Positions 22,901 to 31,873 of a stretch of DNA of 64,000 nt are shown here, piece by piece (position 1 is the stretch's first letter; each line of letters opens with the position of its first letter). Made by a program: the position numbers and the translations under genes. Source of the DNA: Naegleria gruberi (taxonomy: Eukaryota); the NCBI GenBank assembly GCA_000004985.1, contig GG738865.1; one strand, given 5' to 3'. The notes under the pieces are model-generated. The model was given only the letters and a program-made list of their open reading frames with translations, searched no databases and was not told where the DNA came from.

Positions 22901-23607
22901 CAATATATTCAATCCACAATCATATACATAATAATAATTAAATGGTAATCATTTCGAATACATGTAAATTATTTCACTTTAAAAATGTTTTAAAAATTTA
23001 CCTGTTGAAATTTAGTTTCAAAATCCTCACCCTCATCCTCCTTCAAATAGACAGGTTTAATAACCAACAATTCATTGGAAGTTCTATCCTTCACCAGAAC
23101 TGCACTCGATTCAACAATTGCTCTCTTTCCACCAACACTATTTAGAAGAAATGATGAAGAATTTGAACTATTTCCACCAAATGATGATAGAGGTGAAGAA
23201 TTTGTTCCATAATTTGGAGAATCAAATCCACCAGCACCACCACCAGCACCTCCTCCAAGAGCTTGTTGTTGTGAAGTCTCCGAATTTGAGCCAAAAGTTG
23301 GAAAGAATGAAGTGAGTGAAATTGGTGTCGTGGGAGAGGACATTGAATCATAACTCGTATGATTGGATGATGAAGAAGATGATGGTGAATTATATTGGAG
23401 AGATTGATTTTGTTTGGCCAAGTATTGACAACAATATTGATCACCATAATAGGTGGAAATGTAATCAACTTCATGTTGGAGGGAACGTGTTGAGGAAATT
23501 GATGGAAGTGGTTTGATAATGTCATAGTGAAATGTTTCTGCACCCGTTTCTTCGTCAATGATGGTGAAACCAGAACATGTCGAATTGATGGCAAGATACC
23601 ATGGCAT
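19994..23607 (-). CDS. protein kinase-like protein, predicted catalytically inactive pseudokinase, 2 exons
   Basis: The likely ATG is at 23607 (MPWYLAI…). Exon 1, down to 23002, holds an S/G-rich tract and then a degenerate Gly-loop and beta-3 strand (VGGKRAIV…LLVIKPV). A GTAAAT intron 23001..22859 (143 nt, phase 0) leads to exon 2 22858..19994. Exon 2 has the alpha-C helix (EKLKAISLSSYNVVRL), hinge (FVSMEYCGDGDL), catalytic loop HGHLTLHNILV in place of HRDLKPENIL, no DFG, and an APE-like region (PEEFYG…DRWGLGILLYQLLT). Confidence 0.6.
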
Positions 23608-24366
23608 TTTTTTTAATATCACTTGACAGTTGAAGGATTTTAAATTGTTTTATTTCACCAACATACAACTAACTCATTGAATTTTGATGTATTTTGAAAT
23701 AGTGAAATATTACATTTTTTCTTTTTCAATTTTGCAACTTTTTATGAAGATTTTTCAAGGAATTCAATTTTGAAATTGTAAAGTGGTGAAAATTGTAATG
23801 AATTTAAATGATTTTTTAGTGAAGTGATAACATTTGATAGATAACGAATAATACTTCAAATTTATTATCCTAAACATATACACAATCTTTCAAAATCTTG
23901 CAGCAATTTAATATGGATGCTGCTCTCGCCAATAAGTTCAATAATTATTCTTGGAAGGATTGAACGTAATGCATTCGTTAAAATTGTCTGCCTTTTAGTC
24001 AAGGATGGACAATCGATCCTATCCTCTTTAACTTGGAACCCAGTTACAATTCTCACTGTCACTTGTCAGTAATCGTAAAATTAAAAAAAACTGTTACACC
24101 TTCAACGTGTCGATCATCACACAGTTTTGATCTCAGAACAACAACAAAACATTATCTAGGTGATCCATCGAATCGTTGAAAGGATTTTGTAAATAATTTG
24201 TATGTGTGTGATTTTTAAACAACAAATTTACCTTCCGATCATTTTTAATAACAAAAATTTGACACTTGTATTTCTTTTTATATCTATATTTGATAATATC
24301 TATCGATTAATACTATCTAACATTGTTTATATTGTTTTGCGGATTATTTCAAAATCGTATAGAAAA

Positions 24367-27300
24367 ATGACGAAAGAAGACGAAAAGAAAGAGAAGGAAA
24401 GAATCAAGGAAGAAGAAAGAAAACGAAGGGAAGAAGAGAAAAGACGTAAAGAAGAAGAGAAGGAAGAAGAAAGAAAACGAAAGGAAGAAGAACGTCGTTT
24501 AAAAAAGGAAGAAAAGAAACAAAAAGAAGACCAAAAGAAAAAGGAAAAGGAACTTAAAAAACTCAACAAGAAACTAAATGCTTCATCAAATTCAAGTTTT
24601 GATGGTGCCCCTTCAACACCAACTTCTGAATTAAATGTTTCAATTGGTGATGTAAATGGTGATCCTTTGGGAGGTCTTTCCGAAACTGAACTAAATGAAA
24701 ATATTGAAAAGATGTTAAATTCTATTGGAGCTAAGGAAGATGTGAGAGAAGCAGTTCGTGCCAATCAACCTGCAATGAAATATATTTTATGGAAAACATG
24801 GTATGAACAGTCCAATGATGATAACATTATTCCTTCCATTGAAAAATTGATTGACAGAATGAATACAAGAAAGGATCGTGAGACAATGCAAGATGTTTTG
24901 GTTAAATTACGTAATTCTACAGTTGCCTGGGTTGATTCTTTTATTGATTGTGGTGGTGTGAAGAGTGTAAATGAAATTCTCTCCTCTACAAATTTATTGA
25001 AAAAGACAAAGAATAAGGACGATGATACTCTACAATGGTTATGTTTGAACTGTTTACGTGCTGTTTTAAATACTGAAAAGGGTTTAGCTGCAATTGCACA
25101 TGACAAGACAATCTTTTTCAATATGGCTCTATTGTTGGATTCTGAAAATATTGAAATTAGAATTCAATGTTTATTTATTTTTGCTAATTTTTGCTCTGAG
25201 GACAGTGTTGGAGATGGTTACAAAATTATTCTCTCATCATTGGAGCATTTCAAATTTATTAGACGTGAAAAGCAAATGTTTGAATTTTTAGTGACAAGTT
25301 TAGAAAATCAATTAGATGTCACCTATATGACACACGTTATTTTCTTATTCAATTCACTGTTAACAAATGCTGATCCAACTGATACTATTACACTCGCCAA
25401 TCAATTGAACAGTTTGAAGGTAGTTGAAGTAATCAGAGAACAAATTCAAGGGAAACAAATTGACGATGAAGGTTTCCAAGTTCAATTCCAAATGTTCGTC
25501 GAAGAAATGGAACAAGCTCTCAAAAAGAATGTTGTCCAAATTGATACTAACGATCCACACCAAATTACCGATCATTTGAGAATGAAAATTCAAGGTACTC
25601 AATCTATGGATAGTTTTATGAGAATTTTGAGACATTTGCTCGTATTTACCGATGTTTATGCAGCAAAGTTTACTCTTGAAGAAACTATTGAATTGTGGAA
25701 ACAAGTGGAATTGTCCGTTGAAAGATTAATTCGTGAAAGACAATTTCTTGTTGATAATATTCCTCAAACACCAACATGTGAAACTCCATCCTCTGCTACT
25801 CAACCTCTCCTTCTCAGTCCATTATTGAAGAAGATGAGACATGGTAAATCATTCAAGGACAATACAACTACTGATGGTGAGTCCATAGATGAAACATCGG
25901 TAGAAGCTACATCTGTAGCTGAAGAAGCTCTCCATAAAAGATTACTCGCTCAAGATGAAACCATTCAACAATTACAAGCCGAATTAAAGGAAAAGAAGGA
26001 AGAATTGGAATTACTTAAACAAGCTGGAGAAAGTGTTACTGGTCAAGTTGAAAAGGAAAAGCATGAAAAGGAGATTGAAAGACTTCAAGATAAAATCAAT
26101 ACTATTGAATCAGAGAACCAAACCTATCAAAAGATGATTTCCGTTCTTGAGGATACCAAGGAAAAGCTTAAAGAAAAGGTCAAATCACTTAAATCTAAAC
26201 CTAACGAATCCCCAATTGGAAATAGTCAAGAATTTTTCAAACTGAAAGACAAAGCTCAACAATTAGAACTAACCATCACTAAACTCACTACTGATAATGA
26301 AAATTTGAAGAAGCAACTTGAAGAAAGTAAGAAGAAAATAGAGGAAAGTAAGAAGGAAATTGCAGAAAAAAAGAAAGAAATTGAAGAAAGAAAGAAAGCT
26401 GCTGAATCTGTATCCACTACTGTTGTGACTGCTGTTCCACCACCTCCAGGTTCTACAGGATTCGTCCCACCACCTCCAGGTGATATGACTGGTGTTCCTC
26501 CTCCACCTGGCTCAACAGGATTTGTTCCTCCTCCACCTGGTGGTGTCTCAGATTCTGTACCTCTCCCTCCTGGATCAACTGGGTTTGTTCCACCACCTCC
26601 AGGTGGTTTAACTGGAGGTGTTCCTCCTCCACCAGGCATGACTGGTGTTCCTCCTCCTCCTGGAAGTGGTATACCTCTTCCTCCAGGTGTTGGTGTTCCT
26701 CCTCCTCCTGGAATGACTGGTGTTCCTCCTCCACCAGGTGGTGGTGTTCCTCTTCCTCCAGGTAGTACACCTCCTCCGCCAGGTAGCTTCTTACCTCCTC
26801 CACCAGGATTTATGAAACCTCCAAATGCCATGCCAGCTCTTCCTAAACTTCCAGATTTCAAATCAAATGCCAAACTTCGTGCCTTCCACTTTGGTAATAT
26901 TCAAAATAAGAGTGTTCCAGAAACTATCTTTGCCAAATTCAAAATTATTGATCAAACTCATACAATTTTACGTGATTTGGACACTGCAGAATTTGAGGAA
27001 ACTTTTGGAATTAAGGCAAGTGCAACTCCTGGTACAGGTACAACTGCTGAACCAAAGAAGGAAAAGATTACTCTCATTGATGGAAAGAGATCTCACAATA
27101 TCAGTTTACAATTAGGTTCATTGCGTGGTATTCCTTATCCAAAATTAAAACAAGCCATTCTCGAGTTGGACGAATCTGTAGTGACACCTAATAATATTTC
27201 AACTATCAAGCAAATTGTTCCAACAGAAGAAGAATCACAACTTTGTGTAGATTATGAAGGTGATCGTGATGAACTTCAAGTTGCTGATTTGTTCTTTATT

Positions 27301-28365
27301 GAAATGCACGGAATTCCAAAGATGGTTGATAGATGTGAAGCTTGGGAATTCAAGATGAAATTTGATGAAGTTATTGCTGGTATTGAACCAGTAATTGGCA
27401 ATATTAGAAAGGCATGTGCTGAATTGGAAAGTTGTGATCAATTCCACAAAATTTTGGGTGTTATTTTAACTCTAGGTAACTTTTTAAATAGTAGTAGCAA
27501 GAAGGTAGCTTATGCTTTCAAGATGGCATCACTTGCCAAGTTGAGCGATACCAAGGCAGCTAATGGTAAATCCAGTTTATTGACCTACTTGGTTAAATTT
27601 ATTCAAGAAAAGTATCCAGAATTGGAAACCTTCTATGAAGGGTTGACTTCCGTCAGTGGTGCCACACGTGTTGCTATCGGTTCAATTAAGGATGATATTC
27701 AACAAACTAATACTTCCATCAATAAGCTCAAGACTCTGTATGAACAGTGTGCTAAGGATCCATTGGAAGGGGATAAATTCCCATCTGTTATGGGTTCCTT
27801 CTTGGAGAAGGTTTCAACAAAAATCAAAACAGTTGAAGACAATTATGCCGCTATGATGACAGAATTGAAGAATGTTGCCCTCCTTTACAATGAAGCTGAA
27901 TCTGACATGCAAAAGGAACCTGACAAATTCTTCCAACTCATTGATGGATTTGTCAAGAGTTTCAACGATACTAAGGAAAAGTTGAGAAAGGAAAGAGAAG
28001 CCGAAGAAAAGAAAAAGAAGAAACAATTACCAACTCCAACCAAAGCTGGAGGAATTGGTATCAACACTTCAGGTATCAATAGAGGAACAAGATCTCCATC
28101 CACGAAAACTCCACAATCTCCAGGAGCTGTCTCTCCTAGTGATGAAAGAGGTGGTTTTGATAAGAAGGGTGCACTCTTATTGAAGAATGCTGAACTTTTG
28201 AGAAAGAGAAGAAATACTAAATTGAATAGTGTCGATTTAGATATGGATACAACCTCACCTCCAGCTCATACAAGAACTCCAAGTCAATTGAGTGGTCAAT
28301 TGAGCATGGGAGCTTTTTTAAATAAGCATATTGCTAATAATAATAGTGGTAGCAGCACTCAATAA
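24367..28365 (+). CDS. Diaphanous-related formin (GBD/FH3, coiled coil, FH1, FH2)
   Basis: Real ATG at 24367; the track start at 24202 lies upstream of a better A-rich ATG context. An N-terminal K/E/R charged stretch precedes armadillo-like GBD/FH3 (…LQWLCLNCLRAVLNTEKGLAAIAH…) and a coiled coil. FH1 has about 13 tandem Pro-rich units (GFVPPPPG / GVPPPPG). FH2 carries …ILGVILTLGNFLNSSSKKVAYAFKMASLAKLSDTKAANGKSSLLTYLV…. The C-terminus has a basic DAD-like region. 1333 aa, single exon. Confidence 0.9.
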   Translation: MTKEDEKKEKERIKEEERKRREEEKRRKEEEKEEERKRKEEERRLKKEEKKQKEDQKKKEKELKKLNKKLNASSNSSFDGAPSTPTSELNVSIGDVNGDPLGGLSETELNENIEKMLNSIGAKEDVREAVRANQPAMKYILWKTWYEQSNDDNIIPSIEKLIDRMNTRKDRETMQDVLVKLRNSTVAWVDSFIDCGGVKSVNEILSSTNLLKKTKNKDDDTLQWLCLNCLRAVLNTEKGLAAIAHDKTIFFNMALLLDSENIEIRIQCLFIFANFCSEDSVGDGYKIILSSLEHFKFIRREKQMFEFLVTSLENQLDVTYMTHVIFLFNSLLTNADPTDTITLANQLNSLKVVEVIREQIQGKQIDDEGFQVQFQMFVEEMEQALKKNVVQIDTNDPHQITDHLRMKIQGTQSMDSFMRILRHLLVFTDVYAAKFTLEETIELWKQVELSVERLIRERQFLVDNIPQTPTCETPSSATQPLLLSPLLKKMRHGKSFKDNTTTDGESIDETSVEATSVAEEALHKRLLAQDETIQQLQAELKEKKEELELLKQAGESVTGQVEKEKHEKEIERLQDKINTIESENQTYQKMISVLEDTKEKLKEKVKSLKSKPNESPIGNSQEFFKLKDKAQQLELTITKLTTDNENLKKQLEESKKKIEESKKEIAEKKKEIEERKKAAESVSTTVVTAVPPPPGSTGFVPPPPGDMTGVPPPPGSTGFVPPPPGGVSDSVPLPPGSTGFVPPPPGGLTGGVPPPPGMTGVPPPPGSGIPLPPGVGVPPPPGMTGVPPPPGGGVPLPPGSTPPPPGSFLPPPPGFMKPPNAMPALPKLPDFKSNAKLRAFHFGNIQNKSVPETIFAKFKIIDQTHTILRDLDTAEFEETFGIKASATPGTGTTAEPKKEKITLIDGKRSHNISLQLGSLRGIPYPKLKQAILELDESVVTPNNISTIKQIVPTEEESQLCVDYEGDRDELQVADLFFIEMHGIPKMVDRCEAWEFKMKFDEVIAGIEPVIGNIRKACAELESCDQFHKILGVILTLGNFLNSSSKKVAYAFKMASLAKLSDTKAANGKSSLLTYLVKFIQEKYPELETFYEGLTSVSGATRVAIGSIKDDIQQTNTSINKLKTLYEQCAKDPLEGDKFPSVMGSFLEKVSTKIKTVEDNYAAMMTELKNVALLYNEAESDMQKEPDKFFQLIDGFVKSFNDTKEKLRKEREAEEKKKKKQLPTPTKAGGIGINTSGINRGTRSPSTKTPQSPGAVSPSDERGGFDKKGALLLKNAELLRKRRNTKLNSVDLDMDTTSPPAHTRTPSQLSGQLSMGAFLNKHIANNNSGSSTQ
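26431..26830 (+). repeat. coding tandem repeat: formin FH1 poly-proline units (~13 copies of a 27-33 nt GGTxxxCCTCCTCCACCAGG period)
   Basis: Direct reading shows repeated ccaccacctccagg / cctcctccacctgg units. The overlapping antisense ORFs 26256..26873 and 26453..26803 are the G-rich complement of this repeat and are not genes. Confidence 0.85.
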
Positions 28366-28406
28366 ACTGCTAATATCTTTAAAAATAATAGAAATTATGA
28401 ATATAT

Positions 28407-29524
28407 TTACATGACATTACACTTTTTAGGTTGCTTTTGGACTCTCTTTTTACATTCGTCAATGAATGCTACATCGTATTCCACACAACCTTGCAACAGA
28501 GCTACATTGTCAACTCCGCCAAGTCTCTGTTTTCTAATAAGTTCTTCGAAAATAAGAGTGACATTCTCTCCAAGTTTAGCACTGCTCATCACTATTGAAT
28601 AGTTCAACAATGAATATTCTGAAATAATTGAATTGAATTCAGATTTATACTTCTCAACAGTTTCTGCTCTATTTTCTTTCAATAAATCCATCTTGTTCAT
28701 TACAAACACAATTGGCATGTCATTAACTACATAATCTTTACAACGAATCAACAGGTCAACTTGATAACGAACATCTCTCAAAGAACTTTCATCATTCACT
28801 GCACAAACAATTACAAAACTTTGACCAACTCTCAGGTATTGATCTCTCATTGCAGAGAACTCCTCTGGACCAGCTATTTTCAAAACATTATTCAAATATT
28901 CTATTAAAAACTCAAAAACATACCAGTATCTAGAATATCCAATAATACAGGCTCTCCATCAACCTCAACATGTTTTCTATAAGAATCCTCAATTGTTGGA
29001 TCGTACTCTGATATAAAGACATTTTGAACGTAGTGAATTGTCAATGCAGATTTTCCTAAAATAGCTTAGTTTTAAATTCAAATAATGAAATACTAACCCA
29101 CTCCTCCTTGCCCAAGCACAACCACTTTAACTTCTTCTGATCCCTTACTCGGATCATATTTTGGTCTTTTCCACACTTTAAACTTGATGAAACTTGCCAA
29201 TAGAATTTTCCTCTTCATATCCCCTTTTTTAATCATTTGTGATTTGAGTTGTTCCAACTCCTTTTCAAATGCAGGCATTACAAAATTCTTTTCCAATACT
29301 GTCCACCAAAATGTATTGAAATAGTTCTGCATTTCATTCATACTCGAAATTCTCTTGCTGATTGATTGAAAAATTGCTGCCATTCTAATGTCAGATTTTC
29401 TACTCGCAGGATTATTCAATTCTTTATCAACTCCGAATGATAAAATATGTTGGAAAATTTCATAGGGAAGTGATGAGAATAGCGTTTGATGGTGGTGAGG
29501 CATTTTTTTTCTTTCTTTTTGCAT
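28407..29524 (-). CDS. Ras-subfamily small GTPase with a ~140-aa N-terminal extension bearing an F-box-like motif, 3 exons, CAAX tail
   Basis: Real ATG at 29524. Exon A 29524..29098 carries [18 protein letters not shown] (F-box-like, weak) and ends …[17 protein letters not shown] intron 29097..29056 (42 nt). Exon B 29055..28924 continues the P-loop exactly as GQGGVG|[50 protein letters not shown] intron 28923..28874 (50 nt). Exon C 28873..28407 reads [23 protein letters not shown]…NKMDL…SAK…KKCNVM. The protein is roughly 60% identical to H-Ras across the G domain by eye. The position equivalent to Ras Gln61 is Pro (DTAGPEEF). Confidence 0.85.
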
Positions 29525-29696
29525 GTTCTTGATTTGATGTTTGTTGTTGATTGGTAAATTTGTGTTCGGGAGGAACGATGAACTTTGTTCCTGCTTTGTA
29601 ATACTTTATGAAAACATTATTTTGATCTTATTTGCTTAATTATATCATTGGAAAAGAGTTAAGGATAATAAGGATGTTGTGGTGTGTTGTAAAGTT

Positions 29697-30758
29697 ATGT
29701 TCAAATTCTGTGGATTGCTTGATATTTTGGCGCGTAATTTTTCAAGCCTAAAAAAAATGGAACGCATTGATTTGAATCAAACTTCTTGTGCGGAGGCACA
29801 AAGTAGAAATGATGTGCAACAACAAAATAATCATCAACAGACTGCAGCAATGGATAATAATGAGAATACAACAACAATAGAAGAATCCTTTAAAATAATT
29901 TCTAGTTCCAACACTAATGTTATCATTGATAAGGATTTATTGGTTAGGCTTCATCACTTTTATACTAGTCTGGAATCAAGTACTCACATTCAACAGGAGG
30001 ATTTTAACATTCTTTTATTCGGAACAAGAAAACACACATATCAAAATCAAAATATTTATATTGAATCTTTTAAAATTATTTATGATGAAAATATATTAAT
30101 TGATTACATTTCCAAGCACAAGGATGGAAATTTACAATTGTTGGGATTTTCTATGAATTTTGACAATTTTGATTATGATTTACAGGGAAAGATAAAGAAA
30201 CAGTTTCAAAAATTCCACTATATGGTATTAAAGCACTGTATTTTACAAAGATATTCCGGAGGTAAACATAAGAATATTTTGGAAAAGTATATTGGATTGA
30301 ATATCAAGTCGTTTGTACAGAATCAAGTTTATGGAGGAGATAGTGAAGTTTTTGTTCAATTATTAGCATATTATACCAAAGTATTCTCACCATATTTGAA
30401 AAATGAATATATTGATACAATATGTGCAAATGCCTTGTTGGATCAATCAGAAAACTTTGAATGTAAAATAACATATAGACAAGATATTAATTTAACTGTA
30501 ATTGCTGGTCAATCATCACAATTTGGAAATCATTTTCCATCCATTTCAGAATCTAATAATTCTTCTGGAGTAGATGAGTGTATGAATCATGTATTTATAG
30601 AAAATAATAACATTCCTTACCTGGAAGGTTGGATTAATGATCAATTGACCAATGAAAACTCCTCTGAAATATTAAAACTCTTGAAGGAATATGAGGAATT
30701 GGAAAAATTTAACAGCTCTCTAAGGGAAGAGCTTTATTTGGTTGAACAAGAGGAATAA
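29697..30758 (+). CDS. hypothetical protein (N/Q-rich N-terminus, no recognised domain)
   Basis: The track start at 29679 is GTG. The first in-frame ATG is at 29697 (MFKFCGLLDIL…). The frame is open for ~354 aa and coding-like in composition, but no domain was recognised. Confidence 0.35.
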   Translation: MFKFCGLLDILARNFSSLKKMERIDLNQTSCAEAQSRNDVQQQNNHQQTAAMDNNENTTTIEESFKIISSSNTNVIIDKDLLVRLHHFYTSLESSTHIQQEDFNILLFGTRKHTYQNQNIYIESFKIIYDENILIDYISKHKDGNLQLLGFSMNFDNFDYDLQGKIKKQFQKFHYMVLKHCILQRYSGGKHKNILEKYIGLNIKSFVQNQVYGGDSEVFVQLLAYYTKVFSPYLKNEYIDTICANALLDQSENFECKITYRQDINLTVIAGQSSQFGNHFPSISESNNSSGVDECMNHVFIENNNIPYLEGWINDQLTNENSSEILKLLKEYEELEKFNSSLREELYLVEQEE

Positions 30759-30844
30759 ACAGTGTTAATTCTTAATCTTTCATGATTGTCTGTCTCAGTA
30801 ATGAGTAAAAACATTTTGAGTCAATATTTTGTTTATTTACAATT

Positions 30845-31873
30845 TTAAACTTGTTCGTAATTTCCCTTCTTCTTTCCAAATTCTTGAGGTTCATCTTCTT
30901 CATCAAAGAATTGATTTTCATCAAAAGTATCCTCAATTTCACCAGTGAAACCAGATTCACGAACCATTGGAGCATTGTTGTTGTATCCAAGATCTTGTGA
31001 AGGTGTGACATAAACTGTGTTTGGAACAGTTTGAGCAGCAAATGAAGGTTGAATAGGTTGTTGAATTGGTTGAGTTGGTTGTTGAATAACAGCTTGTTGA
31101 CCTGATTGATTATTTTGTTGAGCTGCTTGATTAGCCTTTTCAGCTTGCTTATTGAATCTGAAAGTCAAAGCCTTCCAAATAGCAAAGTGAGCCAATAAAA
31201 AGACAGTCCAACCTCCTAAAACAATCAAAAACCATGGGAAATCGTGAACAGTGTAACAGTAAGTGACAAAAACAATAAAGTTAATAACACTGTAGAACAA
31301 GGCGTGGATATAAAAGTGATTGAAGAATTGTCTAACCTTGACAACCATACCATGAAGACAGTAGGCAAGTAATAAAACAGCAACTGGATAAACACTCCAA
31401 GGGAAGCTTGATGGTGTATGTTCATTCATGGCAATGAGTTGGAAACTTGTTGATGCGAAGAAGAGGGTGTGGAAGGAGAAGAGTCTATCGGAATAAGTAG
31501 GTGATCCTTGAATCATCAAACCACCAATAACTAACGATGAAACCCACAAAATATGTATAAACCAAGGATATCCAGTTGGTGTTGTTAAAATCCATATGCA
31601 AAAACAAATAATAGAAAGGAAAGCCATTATAAGTGAAAGTCTAACAAAAAGCTTTGGATGTTTGTGTCCTTGTAAAACATCATACTTTTGAATAACACTA
31701 TCTTCGAGTGCTGTTATTCTCTTTGAAGCTCTATCCACAATTAATCTCTTCTTATCTTCTTTAACTTCAGGAACTCCATTCAGTGAGGCCATTATTGGTG
31801 GCTGCTGTTGTGGAGGTACTTGTTGGGCCATCATTGGTGGAGGATTTGAAAAAGTTTGTTCTGATTGCATCAT
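30845..31873 (-). CDS. hypothetical multi-pass membrane protein (about 5 TM segments, Q/P-rich termini)
   Basis: Real ATG at 31873. Hydrophobic segments: LSLIMAFLSIICFCIWILT, WFIHILWVSSLVIGGLMI, VYPVAVLLLAYCLHGMV, FYSVINFIVFVTYCY and WFLIVLGGWTVFLLAHFAIW. No family assignment. Confidence 0.4.
   Translation of the reverse strand: MMQSEQTFSNPPPMMAQQVPPQQQPPIMASLNGVPEVKEDKKRLIVDRASKRITALEDSVIQKYDVLQGHKHPKLFVRLSLIMAFLSIICFCIWILTTPTGYPWFIHILWVSSLVIGGLMIQGSPTYSDRLFSFHTLFFASTSFQLIAMNEHTPSSFPWSVYPVAVLLLAYCLHGMVVKVRQFFNHFYIHALFYSVINFIVFVTYCYTVHDFPWFLIVLGGWTVFLLAHFAIWKALTFRFNKQAEKANQAAQQNNQSGQQAVIQQPTQPIQQPIQPSFAAQTVPNTVYVTPSQDLGYNNNAPMVRESGFTGEIEDTFDENQFFDEEDEPQEFGKKKGNYEQV

Noticed and set aside
24202-24366. 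ORF-track start of the formin at 24202 (MCVIFKQQIYLPIIFNN…)
   Set aside because: The 55 codons upstream of 24367 are hydrophobic and promoter-like in composition. The ATG at 24367 has an A-rich context and begins the conserved charged N-terminus. The upstream extension is probably untranslated.
26256-26873. 205-aa and 116-aa minus-strand ORFs (Gly/Pro-rich, GGGGTP repeats) overlapping the formin gene
   Set aside because: They are the reverse complement of the FH1 poly-proline tandem repeat, since CCN codons read antisense give GGN Gly. The plus-strand formin frame is continuous through FH1 and FH2, so these are repeat-driven artefacts.
30772-31041. 89-aa minus-strand ORF overlapping the 3' end of the membrane-protein gene in another frame
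   Set aside because: It is short and lies in an alternative frame of a longer, better-supported ORF (30845..31873). It has no domain content.
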